From a virus (Duplodnaviria; Caudoviricetes): a stretch of DNA of 64,000 bases. Shown here piece by piece: positions 29,457 to 39,713 of this stretch (positions are counted from its first letter, which is position 1; every line of letters begins with the position of its first letter). Made by a program: the position numbers and the translations under genes. Where the stretch lies: positions 1 to 64,000 of the IMG/VR virus record IMGVR_UViG_3300035208_005226; one strand, 5' to 3'. The notes beneath the pieces are model-generated. The model saw only the letters and a program-made list of their open reading frames with translations. It made no database searches and was not told the origin of the DNA.

Positions 29457-31438
29457 ATATCATTATATGACAATTTATCATGATGTAGCGGGCATCCTTG
29501 TCGTTCTAGCATTTCGACAAGAATCTGATTTAGGTTGTTTGATATGGTGGATGATATCTTGTGGTCCTTTAGCAGTTCTATGGCCGTTGCCAACTTCAAT
29601 ATAAGTGTTATGTTGTTCATTGTTTTTCCTGTATTTTAACAGTAGATAATGGAAAAATGGGCTTGGGTTACTCCCAGGTTAACTATTGGTTTGACCCAAT
29701 TTGTTAACAATAATAGAATGGTTGTAGAATTGTTCTACAGGGTTGCAGCATTCTGTTTTATAGAGTGCTGTTTTGTTCTTGATTAATGCCCGGATTAATG
29801 TCACACTAATCAGCTTTACCTACCCAGTTACAGCCGCATATAATATGCTGTTAATGCTGTTGCCTGCATCATTCCTGGACAGATGTTATTCTGTCGTCAT
29901 TTGGCAGGGCCGGGTGTGGTTGCCTTGCCTCACGGAACTCATCGGTATAATTACATTTGATGATTTGACTATTAAGTGTTTCGGTTTAATATGCAGAAAA
30001 AGTAGGTGTTTTGTGGATTTGGTGGAGATATGAGGTGTTGTGTTAATGTTGTTTGATTAACTGCACAGACGGTGGGGAGTTAAATTGTAGTTTGTAATTG
30101 CAGGTGAGGTGTCCTGGATAACAACAGGGGCGATTTCTGATTTTTTCTGCGCAGATAAAGGCGTTGTGGAATGGAATGCAGGAAAAACAATGGGGGATCA
30201 TTGGGGATATAATTGGGTGATATTACATGTTATGTTATTCATTGGATGGTTCGTTGTTTGCATTTTTTATTTAGATATGGTCTTGTAATGTTTGCATAGA
30301 AGGGCTGCAAATTCCCAGGCGCTTGGATCTGGAGATGAGGTGCCGTTGTCTGATAACATGGCAAATGGACATCCTGAGTTGATTTTGGTGCAGATATGTC
30401 CAGTGTGTTGATAGTTGTGGTGTTTACATGTGGTGTATTGTGTTGTCATTGTTTTTCCTTGGGTTTGTTGTTAGGCTGCCTGAGTTTAGTAGTCTGGTGA
30501 GGTATGAAATTACGTTGTCTTCTATACCGGTGTAGACTGTTGTGGTATTGTTTATAGATAGGGTTACGGTGTTATGTCCGGTGTGGTTAAGACTGGAAGA
30601 TAGAATGGATTCTATGATGGGTAGAGAGGTCGGATGTATTGGATATGTCCTGTCTTGGTATGTTAGAGATATGTTGGGCGTAATTGTTGTCATGGGTTAT
30701 CCGTGTATTTAGTCATCATAAATTTTATTTTCACAATTATAGCAGTGTAATACCAGTGTTATTGCGTCGTCCATTTCCGTATGTAGTTTACCACCACAGA
30801 TGGGACAGATAATTTCGCCACACTCTAAACATCTACAACAGTCCATTGGATTCGGATCGTCAATTATTGCATTACAATTAAAACATTTTATAGTGTGACT
30901 TTCTGGAAGCCTCCTTTTTTCTATGTCATAATATTTTATTTTATCAAATTCATTCATTCCCGAATGATTTTCTCCATGATTCTTATGTGCTCTCATAATA
31001 ATGCTACGTATCTTGTCTATTATAATTATTGTCATGATTGTTTCAATCTTTGTTTCATTGGATGTTCCTCTGATACTTGACAGTAACCCACTTCATAATA
31101 TTATTCCTCAATTTTACGAATGTATTTGTGCATGTCAATACTACACCTAAAATTTGGATAGTTGTCGGAATCATCGCAGTTTGATCCTTTTGCCGTGTCT
31201 ACCATAGTCTATTCCACACCCTTCAATTTTCTTTGAACAACTCTATAAATACTACAAATTGACAAAACTAATTCATCTGGAATTACCAGGATGGGTTCTC
31301 CGCAAAATGATGGTTCCCATACAACAAGACCCATGTCTATTAATGCTAAAACTTTATCTTTATCTTCGGGATTGAACTCTTCAAGCAGTAGTCCTTTACC
31401 ACTACGATTTTCAATGTATATCTTTAACAATATCTCTA

Positions 31439-32239
31439 TCATAGTCTATTCCACCAGTGTTTTTTCGTCACGTTTAACCATAGTGTTTTCTTTAGATTTT
31501 GTATGGTTTCGTCTTTGGCTGCTATAAATTCCGTTAATTGTTTGTTATGGATGGTAAGCGCTTCGATTTTCGTACTTTGATCTTCAGTTGTCCACTCTCT
31601 TCGGTCTTCTTTTTTGGCATAAACTGTCAACATTTGATTATAGGATTTTATCTCATCATCTAATTTGGTATTTAGTTCTTGTATGGTGTTATCGCGATCC
31701 GATAATATTTTCTTTAGTGCTTGTATGGTGTTATCCTTGGCTACCATCATTATGCTGTCTGCTGATGCAATGCTATGTATTTTGGAGTTTAGATGCTGTA
31801 TGGTTGCATGTCGTGATTCTATGCAGGCATTGAGTTCATGTATTGCCCGACATGCTGAATACATGTGGCAGTCAGCATTACAATTGCTGTTGTAGTTGTT
31901 GTAGTTGTGGCATTCGGGAATTAGACTTCTTGCAGTTGTCGTGCTAGTGGATTTGGCTGCATGATATGCGTCTCTATATTTGTTGAGAGACTGGGTTAGT
32001 GATTTCACTTCGATCTGTTGTATGTGAATCCTGGTGCACATGTTGTAGTGTTTGCATTTAACTTTGCAATTGCTGTTGTAGTTCTGATAAGTGTTGCATT
32101 TGGATGGCTTTGTAATGGTGCCTGTTGTTGTTTTAGGATGTTCTATGGTAGTCCCGCATTGTTTGGCTGACTTTGTCGTGTGCTTTGATTCTTTGCATTT
32201 GTTGCATTTGGTTTTTGGTATGGTGCTCTTGTGTTGCAT
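31439..32239 (-). CDS. Coiled-coil protein with two Cys-rich repeats
   Basis: CNTYQNYNSNCKVKCKHYNMCTRIH and CHNYNNYNSNCNADCHMYSACRAIH, each followed by heptads; ends KKHWWNRL. Confidence 0.7.
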   Translation of the reverse strand: MQHKSTIPKTKCNKCKESKHTTKSAKQCGTTIEHPKTTTGTITKPSKCNTYQNYNSNCKVKCKHYNMCTRIHIQQIEVKSLTQSLNKYRDAYHAAKSTSTTTARSLIPECHNYNNYNSNCNADCHMYSACRAIHELNACIESRHATIQHLNSKIHSIASADSIMMVAKDNTIQALKKILSDRDNTIQELNTKLDDEIKSYNQMLTVYAKKEDRREWTTEDQSTKIEALTIHNKQLTEFIAAKDETIQNLKKTLWLNVTKKHWWNRL

Positions 32240-32409
32240 ATGATTACCTCAGGTCGTGGAATGGATTAAATCATCTATTTCTTTTTTCCTAGCAGCATAT
32301 CTATCCATAGCCACAGGACTCCCTGCACATATGAAATAGTGTATGCAGGATATGTTACGGCATTTTCCATCATGAATATATGATGAACATGGCTCATACA
32401 TATGCTAAT

Positions 32410-34070
32410 GATTGCGTTCTGTTGTATTTAATGCTGTGGTTTTCGGTAGGAGATGACGGATTTGGTGAATTGAATGGTGAATTATGAAATGCGGTGGGTG
32501 ATAAGTTTTGGGGCAATTTTGAGGTTATTGTGAGATGAGTTGATGCGCTGTTTAAATATGGTTAGGGAATTGTGGCAAGTGGCTTGCCATTAGGTATTTA
32601 ATTGTTTTGAATGGTGTTATATATGTATTAGGTTCAATCCTTACAACAACACTGATAAAATAGTAATAAGATTTGGTATAATTAATTCTCTTTTCAACTC
32701 AAAAATGATAATGTAATGATGTTCTGTATAATTTTTTATTTGGTTTTTACCTTATTGGGTTAATTGTCATGATAGATCATGTGGGATATGATTGGGGGAT
32801 AGTTTGGGCTTTGTTTCCGGTTAATGTTTTTTGGTGGGATATACTGGGTTAATTTTTTGATTGCGGCTTAATTATGCCTGATGTATTATATGGTAACACT
32901 GCAATATAAGTAAAATGAAGGAATCGAAAAAAGGGTTATTGGCAAAAGGAGAGCATACCTTTATCCGATTGCGCCTCATTACTGCCAGGGATTCAAAATC
33001 GTTAGCCAAAACGTTAATATCAGTTTCCTTCTATTCTATCCTGACCGATAGGTTTATGTTGTGGTAATTTTGTCCGGAAATGAGGGTTAAGTGGGCGGCG
33101 AAAACACAAATATAACATGTAGTGGTACAAAAGTTGAGATTTAGTTTAAAAAATATGAAAAAAAGTTTAACACTAATTTTTTTTTAGTGTGATTTTGTTA
33201 TACTTTTGAATCGGGGTTCAATTTGGCTTTAATATTAATACTTTTATTTAAATATGGTTTATTTAATGATTTATGGAGCGCACACGCATCGTGATGAAGC
33301 CGGATATCGATTTATCTACGTTGGTTTTGTAATATAGTTTGTGATGGATAAAATAGGCGCGAGTCTGGCGTGGTGTTGCGCGTGTGGAAAATGGTTGGAT
33401 AGATGCTAACTCAATGTTTTTTGAGTTAAGTTAAGTTTTGTTTTCGCTTATTTGATACCGCACTTTTTTGAGAAAATTTCAATTTTTGTAGTATTTATAT
33501 GTTTGGGATGATTTCGGAAAATGTAGAATCGTGATAGATTTGTGCTACTAATTCAATTTTATATTCTACTGATGATTTAAATCTGGATTGGTGAAATAAG
33601 TGAGATACGGATGCAACTAGTTGCAACTGGCAGAATGGGCTTGGATTGAAATAAGGACAGAATGGGCGTATTTTCCAGTGGAAATAGTGGGAGTGTGACG
33701 TTAATTATAGGTCGGAATGATGAATAAGCAGTGTATATGCCGTTTCTTGACTTGTCCGGACTGGTTGACAACTATTTTGGGGCTGATTTGGGCTTGGTTT
33801 TTATTTTTGATTTAAAGCCGCGCTAATGTAAAACATGGCTGGATTGGTTTAACTTATAAAGCATGGCTATTGCTGGGGTAGATTGAAGAATGCGGCTTTA
33901 GCGCGTTAGCTATCGCTATAATAATTGCGCAAACTGGTTTTTGATGAATCAGGTGGTGTTAAGTATATATACTTAACAAAATTGCAGTAACACTTATACC
34001 AATTGGTATTAGTGTAGTGTGTTAATAATTTGTGTATTTTTTTTACTGTCGTATTATTTGATTAAAAAAT
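32410..34070. other. Long AT-rich, essentially non-coding region (candidate origin/terminus)
   Basis: No credible long ORF. Contains a 20-bp palindrome GTTAAGTATATATACTTAAC near 33958-33977, hairpin ACACTAA-TTTTTT-TTAGTGT near 33170-33190, and strong G-over-C skew. Confidence 0.55.
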
Positions 34071-34275
34071 TGTTATCTGAAGGATCTTGTCCACTGGTAT
34101 AACCTAGTGAGTGATGTGTTTACCTCCACAATCTTTTTATGTATTGAAATTAGGCTGTCAATACGACTCCTATTCATTTTTCCGTCACAATTACACTTTA
34201 TTTGTGATATAATTGTGCTCGACTTCTCAAACTCCTGTTCGATCTCCTCAAACAGGTAGTCCTCTATGATTGTCC

Positions 34276-35004
34276 TCATTGTATAATTCCAATAAGTTTT
34301 AAATACTTGGCCTCATCGCTTTTCAGCAACTCATTGACCACTTTTGGCTTATGTTTTTGTTCTCCATAACAACGCTTACATAGCCTGCATGCACCAATAC
34401 AATTGATATTTATGTCATTTTCAATTGCAAAGTCTGCTGTGAATATGTTGAATGATGCCCGCGACAGTGGATGCCTGTCGAAGTCCACATCGTTTATCAT
34501 CGGGTTAGAATGAACAAACGTGTAGTTTGAGGGCATTTTGCTTTCAACTCTCTCAATTATGTCTGGATTTTTAGTCCACGATGTACATGTTGCATAGTTT
34601 ACAACAGAACATATGGCAAAATCCACAAGAACATCTCGTTCGTCCTGATAATCTCCATTCCAATTAGATCTCCAAGTAAGATCATTATTTAAATGAAAGA
34701 CAGGAGGATGATCATATACATCTTCCGGGGACAGATCTCGGTTGCGTTGTAGTGCCTGTCCAACAGCAGGATATATTTGATTTATCCGTGTTGCATAGCA
34801 CTTTTGGCAAATACATCCTGGTATTTCGTGTCTGGGTTGACATCTGTCGGTCATCGGCCGACCAATTGCACGCTTTCCAAACATCTTCCCGGTCATCGTG
34901 CTCCAATGAACGCACCCAAGGTCATCAAAAAGTTTCTCCTTTGGGAGGATGTTATAGATGTTCTTCTTGAGAGCAACCTCTCTACTAATTATGGTTGTTT
35001 TCAT
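34276..35004 (-). CDS. Phage gp88-like Cys-rich (Fe-S/radical-SAM-related) protein
   Basis: MTGKMFG...C...CICQKCYA...WRSNWNGD...CIGACRLCKRCY. Start at 35004 follows a GGAGAAG RBS. Confidence 0.5.
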   Translation of the reverse strand: MKTTIISREVALKKNIYNILPKEKLFDDLGCVHWSTMTGKMFGKRAIGRPMTDRCQPRHEIPGCICQKCYATRINQIYPAVGQALQRNRDLSPEDVYDHPPVFHLNNDLTWRSNWNGDYQDERDVLVDFAICSVVNYATCTSWTKNPDIIERVESKMPSNYTFVHSNPMINDVDFDRHPLSRASFNIFTADFAIENDININCIGACRLCKRCYGEQKHKPKVVNELLKSDEAKYLKLIGIIQ

Positions 35005-35018
35005 TTCTTCTCCTGGGA

Positions 35019-35369
35019 TCAGAATTAACCTCATTTCCCAAGAGAGTCCTATTTTTGGAGCAATGAACCAAAAAATAAGAGAATTTATCGATCTACTACA
35101 ACTAAAGGTGCTGCCATACACGCAGCATCTTCAAATCTGTAGTGAACGACATCAGAACCAGATGTTATAAGAACAGTTTCTCCACAGTATGGACATATAC
35201 TGTGAGCATTGCAGTCTGTAGTGCCATGTGCATATACCCAAAATGTTATATTATAGGCTTTTGTTATCAATCCATACTGGCAGCTTGGGCATAAAACTGC
35301 CCCGGCACCATATATTTCTATTTCTTCTTTCATGTTTTCTTCTCCAGTAGGCTCAGAATTAACCTCATT
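35019..35369 (-). repeat. 17-bp direct repeat in gene leaders (35019-35035 and 35353-35369)
   Basis: Plus-strand TCAGAATTAACCTCATT occurs twice, each just upstream of a GGAGAAG RBS on the minus strand. Confidence 0.85.
35085..35333 (-). CDS. Zn-ribbon small protein
   Basis: CPSCQ...CPYCGE. Confidence 0.6.
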   Translation of the reverse strand: MKEEIEIYGAGAVLCPSCQYGLITKAYNITFWVYAHGTTDCNAHSICPYCGETVLITSGSDVVHYRFEDAACMAAPLVVVDR

Positions 35370-35602
35370 GCCAAAAGTTATTCAACAACTATACAATAGG
35401 ATACAAATTGATAGTATCCATGGGATTAGAACCAAAATGGTTGTGGTGTGGTTTTTCATATAATTTGATCGTTATCCCTTAACCTTACTTGACAAGCCAT
35501 AAGGTATTTCATGATCTGTTCCGATGTATCGATGTTCAATGCTTCTTCTGGCGAATTGGCCTCAACATCGGCGTAACTGTGGTAATAGATTCTAAATCTC
35601 AT

Positions 35603-35728
35603 TTAATCAACGCTCCAGTCAAATTCATTGTCGCAGTTGTGACAGATGAAGTGGATGTAACCAGATCCACAGCTGGTGTCTTCTAGGTTCTCATCTTCTC
35701 CGCAATAAGGACATGTTAATCTAATCAT
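35603..35728 (-). CDS. 41-aa Zn-ribbon microprotein
   Basis: Hand-translated MIRLTCPYCGEDENLEDTSCGSGYIHFICHNCDNEFDWSVD; ATGA-coupled to radC. Confidence 0.55.
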   Translation of the reverse strand: MIRLTCPYCGEDENLEDTSCGSGYIHFICHNCDNEFDWSVD

Positions 35729-36165
35729 ATGCATCCTAGTCTTCTTAACGATGCTATCCCTGCCTTTGCCACTATTATGTGGTCTAGCAGTTCTATTCCA
35801 ATAATCTTACCAGCATTGACAATCTGCTTGGTAACTTCTATGTCTGCACTGCTTGGTGTGAGACAGTTGCTTGGGTGATTATGCACAATAATTATGCTGT
35901 GTGCATTATCCATTATTGCTTCCCGGAATACCTCACGTGGGTGGACCAATGAATGATTCATCAATCCTTTGGTAATGATTCTGCACCTGATAACCTTTGA
36001 ATCAGCACCAAGAGTCAGTACCAAGACGTGCTCCTGTTTTTGTCCAGATATCCTGGATACCTGCTTATATGCCAGGATATCTTCAGGAGATACAATAGTT
36101 CTCCTGCTGTCTGCCGTGTATTCTGACCTTACGGCTTCATACACAGCCTTACAGATGTTTTCCAT
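35725..36165 (-). CDS. radC: RadC-family JAB-domain protein
   Basis: QEHVLVL, HPREVF, HNHPS, SSADIEVT, LLDHIIV. Confidence 0.93.
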   Translation of the reverse strand: MENICKAVYEAVRSEYTADSRRTIVSPEDILAYKQVSRISGQKQEHVLVLTLGADSKVIRCRIITKGLMNHSLVHPREVFREAIMDNAHSIIIVHNHPSNCLTPSSADIEVTKQIVNAGKIIGIELLDHIIVAKAGIASLRRLGCI

Positions 36166-36229
36166 TTCTTTTCTTCTCCAGTGGATAGGATTGATTACCT
36201 ATCCAGATCCGGGAAAAATAGAAGGAGGA

Positions 36230-36586
36230 TTATAGAGATTTAGCCCACTTCAGCAATGCAGTATAGTTATTGCCATATCTATGATCTATATTATCAGACA
36301 GACCGTATGAATCGCAGACTTCAAGTAATAATAGTTGATCCTTCATCACTTCTTTAATTGGCTCTCCACACGTCTTTGATGCATTAGACACACCTGTATA
36401 CGATAAAGATGACAAATCTATGTTTCTTACTATAACTAAGTATTTGCCGTTTGATATGTTATCACAGCAATCTTGCATATTACAAAATTCAATGATCGTG
36501 TAACATGAACATCCATCGTATCTATACCATTTTCCGCCATAGTCCTTCCAGTTCACGTCTCCTGTTAGAAACTTGAATTTTTCCAT
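36230..36586 (-). CDS. Hypothetical early protein
   Basis: ORF with GGAGAAAAGAAATG leader; FLTGDVNWKDYGGKW. Confidence 0.65.
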   Translation of the reverse strand: MEKFKFLTGDVNWKDYGGKWYRYDGCSCYTIIEFCNMQDCCDNISNGKYLVIVRNIDLSSLSYTGVSNASKTCGEPIKEVMKDQLLLLEVCDSYGLSDNIDHRYGNNYTALLKWAKSL

Positions 36587-36836
36587 TTCTTTTCTCCATA
36601 CCCTAGATGCTTACTCTAGGGATGGAATCCTCTATCCGGATTGAACCGACTTCTAAAAAGTAGAGGGTTATTCTCTCATCAGATATCGATTCATTTCAGT
36701 GTCTTCAGTTCCATCATCATACTGGACCATTGCCCAGTAATGCTCCCAATCCTTGCCATATCTAGATCTTATAACTTTACCATGAAGACCGCATTTAGGA
36801 GAGAGTGTGTATTGGTTTACAACTCTCGTTCCAATC

Positions 36837-37280
36837 TTAATCATCTGCTTTTACCATCCTTGGCTTTCTTGATGCCGCCGGACTATGCTTCTGCTCAATC
36901 TTGATTATCATAATCAAGAATTCTAATGATGCAAAGACGGTCACCGGCGGGACCACATACATACACATGGTAAGTGGATTCTGGGTATACCAGACACTTG
37001 CCACATTGAATGCAGTCGATGCTGCTGTAGTTGCTACCACAATAGCCCACGGGAATATGGTATTCTCCTTGAGCATACTGAACCTGATAACAGTGAGGCA
37101 ACCAATCACCATGAACAAGTCAAGACATAGAGGCCACAGATAGGATAGATATGATAATCCGTGTTCTAGCCCCATTATTACCAGGCTGCTGTAAGACAGG
37201 GTGAATGCAGCAATACACACTGCAATCAGTCCTACAGTGACTACATCAGCAATTCTCTTGCTGGATTTCGTTAGTTTCAT
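36837..37280 (-). CDS. DUF2637-like multi-pass membrane protein
   Basis: AAFTLSYSSL...YLWPLCLD...STAFNV...VVPPV, with about 4 TM helices. Confidence 0.7.
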   Translation of the reverse strand: MKLTKSSKRIADVVTVGLIAVCIAAFTLSYSSLVIMGLEHGLSYLSYLWPLCLDLFMVIGCLTVIRFSMLKENTIFPWAIVVATTAASTAFNVASVWYTQNPLTMCMYVVPPVTVFASLEFLIMIIKIEQKHSPAASRKPRMVKADD

Positions 37281-37346
37281 TTCTTTTCCTCTAGGGATAA
37301 CAGAATGTTCTGTTACCCAATCTAGGGAATTAATGTCTTAAAAAAG

Positions 37347-39057
37347 TTAGATTTCATTCCTAGCACTTTGGATCAATGCTTCTACATTGATCGATAATGC
37401 TATGGTCTTAATTTTCTCACAATCTTTTCGGATTGTTTTCATAGTCTTGACAGACAGTCTTGTGTTACCGAACGCTTCAGTCTTTGTGAGTAGATTCTCA
37501 CAATATCTGATGTCATTGACTAGACTGTCTATTGTAATAACTCCAAGGAGATCACCACTGTTTTTCCTAGTTGTTCTCTGTCTAGATACAACTGATAATA
37601 CGTGATTCTCCAGGGTATCACACAGTGCAATAGTTGTTTCTGCCAGATCTAATCCAACATTGATCTGATTTTCTAGATCGATGTGGTATTCAGTCAGAAA
37701 TTCTACTGCCTTTGCAAGGTCGTCCTTTGAGACCTTAACTGAATTGAGTTCTGCTGCCATTTCTTTCTCCATCCAAGTTACTGCCTGGTGCAGGCATATC
37801 AGTCATACATGGGCTGACATGCTATCTGCCCGTTAAAAAATTAGAGTGATAAGGTCTACATTGTATAAAACTTATCAATTACTTTCCATGCTTTCCTTCT
37901 ATTGCCGTGTTTTGTATAGAATTCTACCAAGTCGATTGAATGACCGATAAATTCTTTAAACCTATCATTTTCTGGTAGCAAAGCGTACATATTCCGTAGA
38001 TATGCAACCTCTGTTTCTAGTTTTCTTCTCATTACTTCTCCAAAAATAAGGGTTAGTAATCGTCTTCTTCACAAAGACGACGATCTCTTTCTACTTCATA
38101 GCAATGGTCCTCATAACCGGACCAAAAGATGTCTAATATCTCTCCATCAGACATCCTTTCGTATTCTTCTCGCTTTTCGTCGGTATCTGCATTATCTGCA
38201 AGATACTCTCGATACTCGTCTACATTGCAGTTAATCGTTTACTTCACCTCAAGCTGTTGTCTTGCATACTCAAGTGCAATCTTTGCGTTGTCAATCTTAC
38301 TCTTGAAGTCAGCAATATCACTGATATCACCGTGTATGTCCATACTTCCCCCTTTACCAGGAGTGCCAATCCTAAGCACATCCTGTTGCTTGACAAGTGT
38401 GGATTGTGATCCATGCACCTGTATTTCTCGGTCTTCCATTTTCTTCTCCAGGGACATCAGTCTAGCATGCTGATGTCCTATCTGTGTTAAAAATGGGTTG
38501 ATTTAACCCATTTGCCTTCTATTACAAAGTCTAATGAGTGCTGTTCTACTATCTTCTCTATAGTAAGATGGATGCCATTGTATGACACCACATCTGCAAG
38601 CTTAAGCCTTCTTGAGGCTTCCTTGATTGTTACAGGCTTAACAAGCACTATATCGTTGAGCTTCTTTGAAATGCTGTATTCTACATACTGTTGCTTCACA
38701 GCAAGTTTGCTATGAAACTTGACTGCTGCTTTCTTTGAGGATACAATCATATACCCCTTCAAGTTTCCATTCATTTCTTTCTTTTCTCCAGGGATAGCAG
38801 GTTGTCATCTGCTACCCTATCTGGGTTAAAAAGGATTAGATGTTAGGCACAAAGTGCCTTCCATCTATGCTGCACCCTAATGGGTGTGTGCATGTCATTA
38901 GACCCGCCGCACAGCAACCAGTGCTTTTGCCGCAGTGATACCCACACGATCTTGTGTCGTACGCCGGCCCATGCCAGTAACACATAAAACATGGGTTCGT
39001 AAATTTATCACCGCATGGTGCTACATACACCATGTCGAACTTCTTTTCTGTTTTCAT
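37347..39057 (-). other. Run of small early hypothetical genes (37347-37760, 38239-38439, 38487-38774, 38836-39057)
   Basis: Each is preceded by a GGAGAA-type RBS; starts adjusted to the RBS. Confidence 0.65.
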
Positions 39058-39481
39058 TTATTTTTCTCCAGGCATGACAGATTGATTCTGCCATGCTATC
39101 TGGGAAACGATGAGAGTTAGGTGTGTACTAACTCCCTGACTATTTTACCCACAGTGCGATACTGTAGGTAAACGTCTAGCCAGGTGTTACCCTGACAGTA
39201 TTCTACCTTCTTGCCACCGTTAAACATCTCTATGGTTACTCTCCACACAGAGGTGCTACATGATGCTAAGTAAGCATCTAAAACCAACTGCTTCATTTAA
39301 TCAGCCCAATACATCCCACCCATAATGCTATGTTCATCAATACCATGTTGAGTGCAAATAACCACTCAATCTTAAGATTGTATTCTCGTCTTGTCATGTT
39401 GTTCTCCAGTGATACTCTGGCTATATGAATGGAAGAAAAAAAGCATCTATATAGCCTCATAATATCACAAATCATCCTCAC

Positions 39482-39713
39482 CTTCTACCCGGATAAAAAA
39501 AAATTTCACTAAATCTACCAATTATTATAAAAAACAAAACATATATATCGTTATTATATATTGCAGTCGAGTTTATCACCTATCTTACCCACATTATGTT
39601 ATGGGATGTAAAAAGCCGAAAAGGCCGAAGAAATAATTTCTTGATATTATCACTATTTTTGCCGGGGTTTCGTTACGCAATCATTATAATGCTGGACATC
39701 CATACATTCGTGT
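39482..39713. promoter_or_regulatory. Divergent promoter region between early (minus) and late (plus) blocks
   Basis: Strand switch; AT-rich TATA-like tracts (AATTATAAAAAA, CATATATATC, TTATTATATA). Confidence 0.45.

Larger units (their letters stand above)
36174..39107 (-). promoter_or_regulatory. Six copies of a helix-(3-nt bulge)-helix leader hairpin at early-gene RBSs
   Basis: Copies at 36174-36218, 37287-37329, 37787-37831, 38446-38486, 38786-38825 and 39063-39107. Stems have different sequences but the same pairing register. Confidence 0.75.

Noticed and set aside
36625-36670. Another mini tRNA-like fold (CCCTCTA..TCGG-TTCAAT-CCGG..TAGAGG) in the early region
   Set aside because: The T-loop is only 6 nt and the acceptor register is off. 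It cannot be distinguished from a terminator-type hairpin.
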